DNA of 64,000 nucleotides from NCBI GenBank assembly GCA_964187785.1, contig OZ076409.1, positions 33,916,001-33,980,000 on the forward strand. The letters are read 5' to 3'. The position numbers and the translations under genes are program-made. Below, piece after piece: positions 24,045 through 37,540 of this stretch; within the stretch, counting starts at the first letter, position 1, and every line of letters begins with the position of its first letter. The stretch comes from Amphiscolops sp. MND2022. Its lineage: Eukaryota. A model generated the notes under the pieces. That model did no database searches, was not told where the DNA came from, and saw nothing but the letters and a program-made list of their open reading frames with translations.

Positions 24045-25399
24045 GTTTGAAACATTCATATAGTAGTTGTAAGTTTTTAGATCACTGAATGACTGTGTTG
24101 CTAGATTTCTGAAAATGTTTAATAACAAGGGAAAGGCACAAAGCGTTTGTCCTGCATTTGGGTTGGGGGAAGGTGCATTGTTCCCTTGGAGATTGAATCC
24201 AGTGTGATCAAACACGGAAGGTAGGCAATAACACTCGAATTTGGACAGATGCAACTTGGTAATGCCAGAAATTTCAATTTCAAAAACAAATTTTGTAATG
24301 ATTTTTGGATTGCAATATCGTAAGAGGATCATGAGACAACTATGTTCAGATTGGTTTGTTGACAATGACACAAACCTGAAACACATGAACTGGAAATGAT
24401 TAATATGCCATGTTTATCATGTGTGTAAGAAATTGGCCCTAATTGTCTTTGCATTTGCAATCACCCTTATGCCAAATTTGGCTGAACATCATTTTGACAA
24501 CTGTTTTTTGTTTTGAAAACGTTTGGTCTCCGCATTATTTTGTTTGGGGAATTTTGTCCTTGTAAGTTATCCAATGGTTGTTTTTTTGGTTGGTTTTGAT
24601 TCACCATGCACTCCCCAATCGTTTTTGATGAGATGGGCGTCACACTCCCCAAACCTTCAAACCCAAGATTCCCTGGTAAACACATATAATACACATCATG
24701 TCAACAATACTTAAACTCATTTGAATATTTTAGCCTTGACCCTATGACTGCCATATACTTGAGTTTATTTTCCTTTGCACACATCATGTACAAAATATTT
24801 TGCATGTACAATCAAAAATTTGGTAAAACAAACCGATTTACACACTAAATTCATGACCAAAAACATTCGCCAATAACAATTTCAAACTTCACTGTACAAA
24901 AACTATCAAACAGAAACTGTTAAAATGTAAACACAACCAACAATTCCCATGAATACGCCAAATTTTCGCGGGTGTGATTTTTAAAGTCCAGCAGGTTCCA
25001 CATCTCAAACACGCGCAGAACATGTCCACGTGGTGGAGAGTATGGACTGTGAGAGCAATAAGGAAAACATATGTTGTGAGGCTGGTAGGCCTTTTTTAGG
25101 AGTTCTGCAGCGCCCATCCTCACACCACCAACCCAAGTCAAATGAAACGATTGATTTTGGTTTGACATGGAGTGATCTGCCAAGAGCCCACCCGTTTGCC
25201 CCCCCTGCGCCATCTGTCAATACCCCATAAGTTTCTCTGTGGAATCTGTCGTCTTTGCGGGGAAACGATGGCAACTTTAATCACCAGCTGCAGGCCCACA
25301 TCAGCCAATGCAACATTGAACAGCAAGAGTGAGAGGGTTTGGTTTGCAGACCAGACCGACAGTCCAGGCTCACTGAGCACGTGGATCGTCCGTCCACTG

Positions 25400-25879
25400 T
25401 CAGAGCCTATAGTGGGGGATCAAAGTTATCATCAAACGGCGTATCTTGTCCTCTTTTGCATTGATTTTTTCGTGAACTGCCTTGAAGCAACCAAAACGCT
25501 CTTCTAACAGCATCACCTGGGACAAACAGGATCCCATAAGTTCAACCGAATATGGATCGGTATTGCGGCTGTTTCGCAAAACCTGATCATATCGGGATAG
25601 AAATGGGTGCAATGAAGCAAGCAATCGACCACGAGCAACCTGTTTGCCTAAATACATCTGCCACTTGGTCATGATGCTGCATTTCAGTTTCTGAAGACGG
25701 CGAAATTCCGACATGCATCTACGAGTGCCGCCCCTTTCGAGAGATCTACATTCGTCGATCAAGCGCTGCGAGAATGCACGTCGACGCTGTGGAGTGTGTG
25801 GTTTCAATCGTGTACGGGCGGTATACCTTCGACCATTATGAGTGATCTTGATAGCGACTTTCGGAGCCGGCCTTGGCAT
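25400..25879 (-). CDS. Hypothetical basic 159-aa ORF, no recognisable domain
   Basis: ATG-initiated open frame in a locally GC-richer island. No motif recognised. Confidence 0.25.
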   Translation of the reverse strand: MPRPAPKVAIKITHNGRRYTARTRLKPHTPQRRRAFSQRLIDECRSLERGGTRRCMSEFRRLQKLKCSIMTKWQMYLGKQVARGRLLASLHPFLSRYDQVLRNSRNTDPYSVELMGSCLSQVMLLEERFGCFKAVHEKINAKEDKIRRLMITLIPHYRL

Positions 25880-26229
25880 CCTGGCGGGCTTTCATGAATG
25901 ACATGACCTTTCAAACACATTCCTCTAGACCCATGACCCTAACCCACGCCCCATTTCGATGATTGATGAACAGAAAAGGGAGTATCACTGGTCACATGGG
26001 GCTTTGATTTTTGGGAATGGGCCTCTTATAGGTACCTACTCGCCAATCACCTTTCACCTGGCGAAAAGAAACCTGTCCTGACCTGCAATCCATTCCGCAC
26101 TTCCACATGGGACGGACCATGGTTGGATGAATGCAATCGGGCGACTCCAATGCCACTGTCTGGAAGACGCGGTCTATGACCGTGATGGATGGGTTACATC
26201 AATTACGGGAACTTGTTAAAAAAAAACAA

Positions 26230-28054
26230 TATAAAATACGCATTTCGCGCAATTTAGGTTATGCATACCCAACAATTCGTAAGTAAGTCATCCCGCTTTT
26301 GATAGAGATTGTTAGGAATTGACAGTGGTGGTTTCTGGAGAAATATTAGAGCCATAATAAGGTTGTAATACTGAGAGTTGTCCAAAATCACTATCAAAAT
26401 GGGCATTTCGTGCAATTTTCGTTCGTACTTGCCCGAGACTCTGCAGATGAATCGTCCCGCGTTAAATAGGGTTATCTACAATTTGATGGGAAGCCACCCC
26501 CAGTAAAATGTAGAAACCTCTGTTTCAAGCGGGACGACTTACATGAGGACCGTCGCGTATGTATATATTATAGTTGCACGAAATGCCTATTTTATGGGAT
26601 TTTTGGCAAGTTCCCGCCAATAATTCGGAAGTAAATCATCCCGTTTTTGGTAGAGATTGTTAGGAATTGACAGTGGTGGCTTCTGGAGAAATATTAGAAC
26701 CATAATAAGGTTGTAGCACTGAGAGTTGTCCAAAATCACAATAAAATTGGCATTTCGTGCAACTTTCGTTCGTACTTGCCCGAGACTCTGCAGATGAATC
26801 GTCCCGCGTTGAATAGGGTTATTTACAATTTGGTGGGAAACCACCCCCAGTAAAATGTAGAAACCTCTGTTTCAAGCGGGACGACTTACATGAGGACCGT
26901 CGCCTATGTATAGACTAAAGTTGCATGAAATGTCTATTTTTATGGGATTTTTAACAAATTCCCGTATCACACTCTTATTAGTGTTACATTCTTCTTCTAT
27001 AAACTAACTGCAGCACAATGAAACAATTTGTATTGTAAGCGGGACCAGTTATGCATACATTCTTGCGTATGCATAAACTAAATTTACACGAAATGCCTAT
27101 TTTTATGGGGATTTTGGACGATTCCCGTATGTCCTCCATGCCATTTTCCAACATATCTCCAAACACCACACCCAACAAACTGTGGAATAGCTATTAAAAG
27201 CGGGACGAGCTTCTTGCGAATTATTGCGTATGCATATATTAAAGTTACACGACGTACCTATTTTTATAGGGATTTTGGATGAGTTCTTGCGAGTTCGTGC
27301 GTGTGCATAAAATTAAGTCGCACAAATTGACATCATTACTACCTCCTTAATATGTGTTTTTTGTTTGTCAGCTGCTACCTTCAACAAACTATATAACAAA
27401 CTATTAAAACCAAGATGATTTATTTGCAAATTCTTGCATATGCATAAACTACAGTTGCACGAAATGCTTATTTCTAAAAGGATTCGGGCGAATTCCCGTA
27501 CAACTGTCCTGATTATCTCCATAATGGGGTTCCCTTAAAAAAAAACACCCCAACGTAATGTCGATATCTCTATAAAAACAAACTGTACCATTTATGTGTA
27601 AATTCTTGCACATTCATAAACTACAGCGGCACGAAATCCGCCCTTTTCTAAATTAAGGTTTGGTGGGGCAATTTCCCGTACACAACAGGTATTAGTGTGC
27701 TAAATTTGTGTCCTAATTCTACTAAAACCCCATGCCCACACAGCCACATACATACATACATACATACATACATACATACATACATACATACACACTCCAC
27801 ACATATCATGATCTGACACATGTCGGCTCTTGTTCGCACAGGCTGGGCGTGTGATCCGAGAACTTGGCTTTCTCGCTTGGTACCTCTGCAGACAACATAC
27901 CACGAGTTGACAGAGGGTGAGACTTGCTGACGCACAGGCTGGGCGTGTGTTCCGTCAACCTCTCTTTGGTTTGCCTTTTTGGGGGGAAATTAGAATCAAA
28001 AAAACCAAGTTGTGATACGGGAGTTGGTCCAGAATCCCTATAAAAATAGGCATT
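26230..28054. repeat. Complex array: ~348-bp tandem duplication plus a recurrent ~70-bp motif with variable spacers
   Basis: 26274-~26615 is repeated from 26622. The motif GTTGCACGAAATGCCTATTTT-ATGGGATTTT..TTCCCGTA recurs at ~26573, 26920, 27083, 27244, 27454 and 27626, and inverted at 28013-28054. Confidence 0.85.
27747..27792. repeat. (CATA)n microsatellite
   Basis: About 11 tandem CATA units. Confidence 0.97.
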
Positions 28055-28254
28055 NNNNNNNNNNNNNNNNNNNNNNNNNNNNNNNNNNNNNNNNNNNNNN
28101 NNNNNNNNNNNNNNNNNNNNNNNNNNNNNNNNNNNNNNNNNNNNNNNNNNNNNNNNNNNNNNNNNNNNNNNNNNNNNNNNNNNNNNNNNNNNNNNNNNNN
28201 NNNNNNNNNNNNNNNNNNNNNNNNNNNNNNNNNNNNNNNNNNNNNNNNNNNNNN
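28055..28254. other. Assembly gap (200 N)
   Basis: Run of N. Confidence 1.
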
Positions 28255-28799
28255 GTTCTGTTGCAGTTTTTGTTCGTGGATTATGATGTTAAAGTCAATT
28301 TACAAAGTTATCTGACACAGGCACCGGTCAAAATGGGGTTTCGTTTGAAAAAATCTCTCTTCAACATACAATTGAATAATTTAAATCAATTTTGAGCATT
28401 TTTGTGATTGTAACTCGTAGTGTCAATGAGGACTGCTATCTAATATCTCCATCAAAACGAGATTGTTGTCCACAAACTATTCGTGTAGTTTTTCTGAATG
28501 AAACTTGAAATCCATGAAAGTATAGCATCGAAACGAAATGATGAGTTGAGGCATGAAACCCCGCTCTTTCAGCAACTTTTTCAACCCTGACTTCCATGTT
28601 CCCCAATCAGAAAATTAGGAATGTTTGAGTTGTGTTTCTTACCAAGTTTTCAGTTACAATAGATGTTTATTGCTTGTCGTTTTGAGTTCAGATTGATATA
28701 GGTTTTCGCGTTTCGCATAAAACGCGAAAAACTTGAGTTTTGTCGTGCAAACTTTTTTCTACCATGCGGCAATGACTTTTAGCTCATTTCTATACCTGC

Positions 28800-30530
28800 C
28801 TGATTGTCAACAAACAAACATAGAGGTTCAACAACAGATTACACAAGAAACGTAACAAACCAGTCAGTCCAACACACTCTTAGAAAGCACTCACACAAGC
28901 ATTCTTTTCAGCTTCATTTGTGGACGTGGCCACAGTCCCGTGTACTTTACTCTACCAACTTAAACATGCCAAGAGTTCATACAACTGAAAACAATATCCA
29001 GAAGTGCTCGTATAAAGTTCGTCATTCCCAGCGCAATCAGAACTTTGAAATACCAACTAGACACACAACTTTAAAACGGCAGACAAAGATCTTCCCTGTA
29101 AATTCCTCAAAACTTTCTTATCTTAACCTCTTCCCAATATTGCTCACCTTGATTTTCCCGAAAGAAACTCTCGCACATGCGACGCTTGAGCTGCATTAGG
29201 TCCATGGGACAGAGTCAAAGACTTCAAACATCCCACCAAACTACGATACTTACGATCACTCAACATACGTTGTTCTTCACTACATTCCAGAGGACACATA
29301 TCTTTCATAACTCATAATAATTTTGATCAACTGGTTTTCAATGTACTTCTCTTGGTCAAAAGAAATCGCGTGTTCAATTCATCCACAGTCACGTTCAGTT
29401 CCAGAAACCAACTCAACATACAGCATTCACTCAGTTGGAACTTTGTTTTTACTTGTTCGTCAAACCAGTTAACAAAATATTCATATTTCCACAAAACATT
29501 TTATAATCAAACAAAGCGCCCACAAGAATCACATATACATTCATCCGCCTGACAAGCAACTGTTGTGCACACTTTCAGAAAGCCGAAAATAACATGTCTT
29601 GCTCATCTATAACTACAAAAAAGTGTTTATTTTTTATCATGAAATTTCTGCACTCCGAATCGATGACAACAACAGGACTCGCTTCAGCGCAAAAACCAGT
29701 GATAACGGAAAAGCTTTTTTTTGCGACCTCAAAAAGGTCTCATTAACGATTTATATTCGCTTCTCCATCTGCCTTGCAAGCGAAGTAATCCTCCTTGCTA
29801 CTTGATCTCTCTTCTCATTGCTTTGTTTTCATGGGAAAAGCTTCAACCTCTGTGACCAATTTTTCACTCCATGAACAAAATCTAACTTTCTTTAGGTTAC
29901 AGTTTCCGTGAATGCCATATCGTTGGGCTCTACAATCTTTGGTATCATGCCCTCCTTGTGGCAATTGGAGCGCAAACAACTCTCTAGGTTGCGACAATTG
30001 ATTGCTTTGTGGCGTTCTTTGGTACAATCATAGCATTTGATTCCTGTTGTTCTTCCTCCGTACATTATCGACTCGCTGACACCTTCCTTTTATCCTTTTA
30101 TGCCGGCCCCTCTCAAAAGTAACCAGGTCTCTTGGCTTCATCGGACTTTCATATTTTCACAACACAATTTAACTAGTGTCACGAACATCTCCTTTTCTCG
30201 TTAGAGTCTTTTCAAAACCATTACCACTAGCTTCTCTGTTACAGCTTCTTCAACTTGCTTCAACTCACATTGACTTGCCTCTTCGCAACATATGAACTCT
30301 TCGCTTGCAGTACGTCACATTCTTTTGGTTCGCCGCCGTTGTAAACCTTCAAATACATGATATTAGCTCTGTGTAACGCTTGGATTGACTCAAACCAAAG
30401 CTCTCTGCTTTTGTCTTTCATCGTTATCTCAGACTTATCCTTTGCTTTATAAGGTCCTTTTTTGCTAATAGTTCTTCCGCTCAATTTTTTAAATACTATT
30501 TTTGTTATCCTTCCATTCGAAGACATCAAA
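28800..30530 (-). mobile_element. Heavily degraded Ty1/Copia remnant (Gag knuckle, RT C-terminal half, RNase H)
   Basis: Manual minus-strand translation gives SNCHKEG/HDTKDC (~29940-29975); VKTKFQLSECCMLSWFLELNV and ISFDQEKYIENQL (~29330-29455); KYRSLVGCL (~29230-29255); SDCAGNDELYTSTSGYCFQL...LSW*SKVHGTVATSTNEAE (~28905-29045). These match Copia RT/RNase H consensus blocks. Confidence 0.8.
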
Positions 30531-31505
30531 CAATGAATACAAGCATCGAACTGTTTCTGGAAATAAGTGGAACGGTCTTTTTAACCACTGAAAACGAAAA
30601 CTCTAAACAAGTTGGAAACGACAACGAGGCTGTACGACAAGCGGAAAAATTGTCAAAGCAAACTGCTTTTTCATCATGTTCAAATTTGTATTCAAGGTAA
30701 AAAGTATCACCCAAAGAAATCAACTAACTTAAAACTAGTATCAAGCGATTGGTGTTTGCTCAGACTTTTTGATTTTTTTGTTGATCCTTAAGACCACAAA
30801 ATGACTCAGGAAAGGCCCCAAATTGACAAAATTTTCTGATTTTTGTCGTTTTAATGCAATTTTGATCAAACTTTTGATAAAAATGGTAGCTTATGAATGT
30901 TTGAAAAATCGATTGAAAAAAACATCCGTTATCTGGGGGGCTATTGTGAAGAAATAAACGCAGTTTTTCAGTTAAAAACGTCTGAATTTGACAGAACTTC
31001 CAAAATTAACAGGTTTGTTGCAACGTTTCAAAAAAATTTGAAAAATTCCGTGAATCGAAAAGTTCAAACACGTTTGAATTCGTTGTTCATTAGAGTGCAC
31101 AGGCAAGCTTAATTTGCTCAAAGCGCAACTTTGTGCTTTCAATACCTCGGATTCCACGACCATACCTTTAACCGTGCAAAATTGGCAAATTACGTCATAA
31201 GTCCCAGATTCCACAGATTTCGTCGTGGATTCCAGTAACAAATGCTTAGCTGTGCGCACTGTCGGCATGCCGTTGTGTCCCGGATTCCACAAAAACGTAA
31301 GTTTTGCAAAACTAACCAATCAGAATGCAGAAATCATAATTTTCCTGGATTCCACGAATTTATGCTTGACGCGATACGCGGCATGGCATCTCTTCTTGAA
31401 TTAATTTCAAGTGGAAGACTGAACAAACCTAATATTATGCACTACTTTTCGTATATTAACTCAAAATGATTCAGACTAACACACCAGTATTACACAAATA
31501 TTCGT

Positions 31506-34500
31506 ATTTTTCAGTTTAGTACAATTTTTGCATAAACGGTCAGATCATCACAATCTTCCATTTTTTGATGACATGCTGCAAGTTTGGTACCAGTCATGAG
31601 TATCTCTATTCGTACTTTGGGATTTTTCGTGTCAATCAAAACAAATTCCATTGATATAAAACTAATTTGATTAAAAGTTCTTTTGCCTTTCCAATAATGA
31701 TCAATCAAAGTCAACGGACCAATCAGAGAGCAGCAGCAAAAACGTCATTATAGCAGCAGTGTTGGCGTGGAATCCAAGACAAGCACTGTCGTGGAATCCA
31801 AGACATGCTTAACATCAAAGAGTAATTTTGTCCCATATTCCACGCCTTTTCTCAATTTTCGTGTCCTGGATTCCACAAAAAGCAGCCAAATAGCTTGCCT
31901 GTGCACTGTAATGTCCGTTAGAGTTGTTTTGAGAGACTATTCTAGTTGTGAAAAAAGACCACGACGAACCAAAACAGTCCAACATCCCCTTTTGTTTCTC
32001 CAAAATTTGATGTTTCAACACAGTTTTCCTGCAAATGTTCGACACCAAATGAATAAGTTATCCAGTAGGCCTTTTGAAATCAAACATGCAGTTTCATCAT
32101 AAAAGTGTGCTTTAATTTGATATCAAAACTGTCGACAAGTCCAAAACTTTCCCGTTCCTGTAAAGTATTTCATGTTACTTCAGTACAACTTTAAAACTTT
32201 TTTGTCTCATTAGGTTCAAAATAATCAAAGGCACGAAAATTCAGGTGTATCGTCCTTTTTGATGAGAAAATAAAAGTGTATTAAATCAGAAACAATTAAA
32301 AACAATCTCAGTTTGTCGGAAACTTGAAAACTGAAATGTTAAACGTTTTTGAGCAAAGTCTCCAAATTTTTCGTATTCTTTGAGGGTTAAAATAAAAGAA
32401 TGGCACATCAACATTTGCAGTTTATATCTAATTGGCTTTTGTGGGAGGTATTTGCTGATTCGTGGCTGAAGAATGTCTCAATAGGATCCGAAAAAAAAAT
32501 CCAAAACGTCAAATGTCCCTTTTTGACAATTTTTTTGATTGTTTGTGAAATGTTTTTTGAGTTAGACAGTTCCAAAGCTCCAGACAATCTATCAATCTAG
32601 GATTTGTACAATTTGAAGGAACGTTTTGTACTTTTCTGGATGAAACTTCATCTCCGAATCAGACCGAAAAACGTCCGAAAAACGTTTCGTTGGAGATTTC
32701 TTAATTTTTCGTTCGTTAGAAGAATGAAAACATTCAATAGCAAACAGTAATGGATGGAGAAGTTGCTATTTGGACGTGATATTTGCAGTGATTTGCTTCA
32801 AAAACACTTCAAAATGATTCCAAAGAGTCGAAAATAAACGTTTAAAGAAGAAAATGAACGTTATTCGAAGAAGAAAACCGTTCAACAACGAACAAATGTG
32901 TGATCCTTTGAAGTTCAGTTTGACGTTAGAGAAGTGCCTCAAAATGACCCAGAAAAAGTCGAAAGATTTCATTTAAAATTTTTGAAAATTGCCAAAATTG
33001 TGATTGAGAAGTTTCAAAAAAATCTTTCATTATGATGAGGCATGCAGAAGGTTTTGAAGAAAGTAATATACGGTAGGTAAAAAGTTCATCAGAAATACCT
33101 AGAATTATCTAAAGGCCATTTTTTGATGGTTTTGGAAATTTTAAATACTTTTTTGTAAACCTTTCGAGCAATTTCGGAATTCAACAGCAATCGAACCCGT
33201 TATCTGATAAGATAGGTCTTTTTTAAAAGTCATTTTCACTTTTTTGGAACCAGTCATGAGTATCTCTATTCGTACTTTGGGACTTTTCGTGTCAATCAAA
33301 CACTTTCCATTGATATAAGATAAATTTAATTGAAAGTTCTTTTGCCTTCCCAATAAGGATCATGCAAAATGAATGTTATGTTACCCAAATATTTGTATTT
33401 TTCAGTTTGGTACCAGTTTTGAACAAACTAAACTGTCAGATTATCACAATCTGCCATTTTTTGATGACATGCTGCAATTTTGGTCCCAGTCATGAGTGTC
33501 TCTATTCGTACTTTTGGATTTTTCGTGTCAATCAAAACAATTTTCATTGATTTAAAAATTAATTTAATTAAAAATTCTTTTGCCTTTCCAATAAGGATCA
33601 TGGAAAATGAATTTTATATTACCCAATAATTTGTATTTTTTAGTTTGGTACCAGTTTTGAACAACCTGCCAGATCATCACAATCTGCCCTTTTTTGATGA
33701 CATGCTGCAATTATGGAACCAGTCATGAGTATCTCTATTCGTACTTTGGGATTTTTCGTGTCAATCAAAACAAATTCCATTGATATAAAATTAATTTAAT
33801 TAAAAGTTCTTTTGCCTTTCCAATAATGATCAATCAAAGTCAGCGGACCAATCAGAGAGCAGCAGCAAAAACGTCATTATAGCAGCAGTGTTGGCGTGGA
33901 ATCCAAGACAAGCACTGTCGTGGAATCCAAGACATGCTTAACATCAAAGAGTAATTTTGTCCCATATTCCACGACTTTTCTCAATTTTCGTGTCCTGGAT
34001 TCCACAAAAAGCAGCCAAATAGCTTGCCTGTGCACTGTAATGTCCGTTAGAGTTGTTTTGAGAGACTATTCTAGTTGTGAAAAAAAGACCACGACGAACC
34101 AAAACAGTCCAACATCCCCTTTTGTTTCTCCAAAATTTGATGTTTCAACACAGTTTTCCTGCAATTGTTCGACACCAAATGAATAAGTTATCCAGTAGGC
34201 CTTTTGAAATCAAACATGCAGTTTCATCATAAAAGTGTGCTTTATTTTGATATCAAAACTGTCGACCAGTCCAAAACTTTCCCGTTCCTGTAAAGTATTT
34301 CATGTTACTTCAGTACAACTTTAAAACTTTTTTGTCTCATTTGGTTCAAAATAATCGAAGGCACAAAAATTCAGGTGTATCGTCCTTTTAGATGAGAAAA
34401 TAAAAGTGTATTAAATCAGAAACAATTAAAAACAATCTCAGTTTGTCGGAAACTTGAAAACTGAAATGTTAAACGTTTTTGAGCAAAGTCTCCAAATTTT

Positions 34501-35375
34501 TCGTATTCTTTGAGGGTTAAAATAAAAGAATGGCACATCAACGTTTGCAGTTTATATCTAATTGGCTTTTGTGGGAGGTATTTGCTGATTCGTGGCTGAA
34601 GAATGTCTCAATAGGATCCGAAAAAAAATCCAAAACGTCAAATGTCCCTTTTTGACAATTTTTTTGATTGTTTGTGAAATGTTTTTTGAGTTAGACAGTT
34701 CCAAAGCTCCAGACAATCTATCAATCTAGGATTTGTACAATTTGAAGGAACGTTTTGTACTTTTCTGGGTGAAACTTCATCTCCGAATCAGACCGAAAAA
34801 CGTCCGAAAAACGTTTTGTTGGAGATTTCTTAATTTTTCGTTCGTTAGAAGAATGAAAACATTCAATAGCAAACAGTAATGGATGGAGAAGTTGCTATTT
34901 GGACGTGATATTTGCAGTGATTGGCTTCAAAAACACTTCAAAATGATTCCAAAGAGTCGAAAATAAACGTTTAAAGAAGAAAATGAACGTTATTCGAAGA
35001 AGAAAACCGTTCAACAACGAACAAATGTGTGATCCTTTGAAGTTCAGTTTCACGTTAGAGAAGTGCCTCAAAATGACCCAGAAAAAGTCGAAAGATTTCA
35101 TTTAAAATTTTTGAAAATTGCCCAAGTTTGTGATTGAGAAGTTTCTAAAAAATCTTTCATTATGATGAGGCATGCAGAAGGTATTGAAGAAAGTAATATA
35201 CGGTAGGTAAAAAGTTCATCAGAACTACCTAGAATTATCTAAAGGCCATTTTTTGTTGGTTTTGGAATTTTTAAATACTTTTTTGTAAACCTTTCGAGCA
35301 ATTTCGGAATTCAACAGCAATCGAACCCGTTATCTGATAAGATAGGTCTTTTTGAAAAGTCATTTTCAGTTTTTT
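31506..35375. repeat. Near-identical tandem duplication with 2129-bp period, containing ~235-bp sub-repeats
   Basis: 31742 matches 33871 and 32766 matches 34895 (offset 2129). Sub-unit CCAGTCATGAGTATCTCTATTCGTACTTTGGG occurs at ~31590, 33250, 33486 and 33719. Confidence 0.95.
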
Positions 35376-37540
35376 GGAAAAGCGCCTCAATTGACCACAA
35401 AATTGACGAAAAATGCGAACTCCAAATGTTGATGTTTTTAGTTTTTTCTTGCAAAACCCTCTCAAATTGGTCGGTTAAGTTTCGGTATCCAACACAGGCC
35501 GACTACAGACCACATAGGTATCTGGTGTGTTCTTGAAATAAAATGCAAACAATCAAAAAGTGTCAAAACGCTTTTCGTCAAAATACTCTTGTGACTCAAA
35601 AAGATGTCGTTGCTTGAACAAAATGGACAGAAAATATCCCGCTGGTCAGTGGGCGTCTCATTTGAATTTCCTTATCCATTTATTGGAATTTTATCAAATC
35701 TTACGAAATACACTTTTTGAAATTTCATCCCAATCAGCAAGCAATGTTTGTTGTTGGTTTACTCTACCCAAAACGTTATCATATAGTCAGTTCTGTGACT
35801 TATATAGTTTTTTGAAATGAATATTCACCCACAATTTCTTTACATGTTAGCTACTGATTGTGTAGCACGATATAAAACAAAATGAGTTTGAGTTCACTCT
35901 TTTTTAAAAAGGTTTCTGCACTCAAGAACACAGGTTGTCCTCTGCGTTGGTTAGACGCGGAATGTTGCTTCTGTTGATCATTTTTGCATATCGTTTCTGA
36001 AAAACTAAAACAGAAAGCAATTTCCGGGTTTTTCTTCTCGATTTTTTCGAAAACAGTCAACTTCCGTTTTTCACCTCAGCAGCACTAAAAGTGAATTACG
36101 ATCAATTCATTTTGAGCAGTTGTTATTGTAACGCATTGTGTCGAGGAAGACATCTCTGTAAAGTTTCCAGTAATACGTGATTGTTGTTCACAAACTAATC
36201 AAAAAAGTTTCTCTATGAAATTTGAAACACAAGAAAACGTAGCAGCAGAACAAGACGATGAGTCGAAAATGTAAACGAACGTTCAACAACGAAAAAATTG
36301 GTTTCCAAAAAGTATAGTTGAAATTTGTCTATATAAGAACGCATCAAACTGATCCCAGAATGCTTGATGACAAACTTTACCTGTTTTCAATGCTTTTAAG
36401 CAATGTCTGTCAAGTTGGAGATGGATCTTGTGAATTAGAACTTCATAAACGTTCAACAACGAACAAATTCACTATCTGAAAGTTTTTTTTGAGAAGATAA
36501 AGCAACTTCGTGATCAAAAAATAAACAAATTCGTCGATTAGAACTTCGAAACTGTTCAACAACAATTGACTTCTTTGTTCAGTATGCTTTTTGAAGAAAT
36601 AAGTGCACTTTTCATTAGCAAAGTTTTGCCTCAGCCAGTTGGTTCAAAATATTCAATAATGAACAAACTTTTAAAGCAGTACACTTCTTAACAGACTGCT
36701 TCGAAAACACATCGGAATGACCCAATGAGTAGTGAAAATTCAGTATAATCAACGTTCATGTAGAATTTTTGTGACACTTTCAAATCGTTTTGAAGATAAC
36801 AACGGTAAAAACTTTCAACAAGTTTTGCAATTGATAACTAGTAGAATTTTTCGAAGTATTTGCTCATTTGGTCTTGGAAAAAGCCTCAAATTGGTTCAGA
36901 TTTTGTCGAAGTTACCATTTACCAACTTTTGACAGTTTCAGTGATTTTTGTGGAAAGTATCGTACATGGAATAGTTCTCCGAGCTCCCGGCGAACACGAA
37001 GCTATGCTTAGAGGAAAATCTATCGTTTACCTGGTGAAACTAGGTTGACCCAGAACAGTTTTTGAAAAGTTTTCGTTGTTTTGGTTTCTCACTGCAATTT
37101 TCATAGATTTGTTCCAGAAAAATTTAGACTTGAACTTGAAAACCGATTAACAAATTCAGTTTCGTTGTAAAAAAGGCTCTTTGAAGACATAAGTCGAACT
37201 TCTCTGTTCGAAATATGCCCTAAATTGGCCCCAAAGAGCCTAAAACTTCAAATTTTCCCAGTTTAGTTGTTTTTCATGCATACTGTGTACAATTTCAAAG
37301 TTTTTCTGGTTCAGATAGTTCAAAGCGTTCGAAGACCAAATAGGGATGACCCCAAAAAGTCGAAAACCTATTTTTTCGGAACTTTGAAACTTTTTCGGAA
37401 AGTATAGAAACATTTCGCAGAATTTCGCTTGTCAGAAAACGAAATCTTTCAGCAGCAAACAAACGCTTTGACGGGTTGGTGTTTACATGGTTTTTGTATG
37501 TCCATTGCAGTTACGCTTCAAAAGCCCCAAAATGACTCCT

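Noticed and set aside
22502..24063. ORFs with RFARIDS / LLEVARGCSR repeats
   Set aside because: These are translations of MITE and minisatellite DNA.
26230..27700. CRISPR array
   Set aside because: Repeats are long, diverged and in both orientations; the context is eukaryotic and no cas genes are present.
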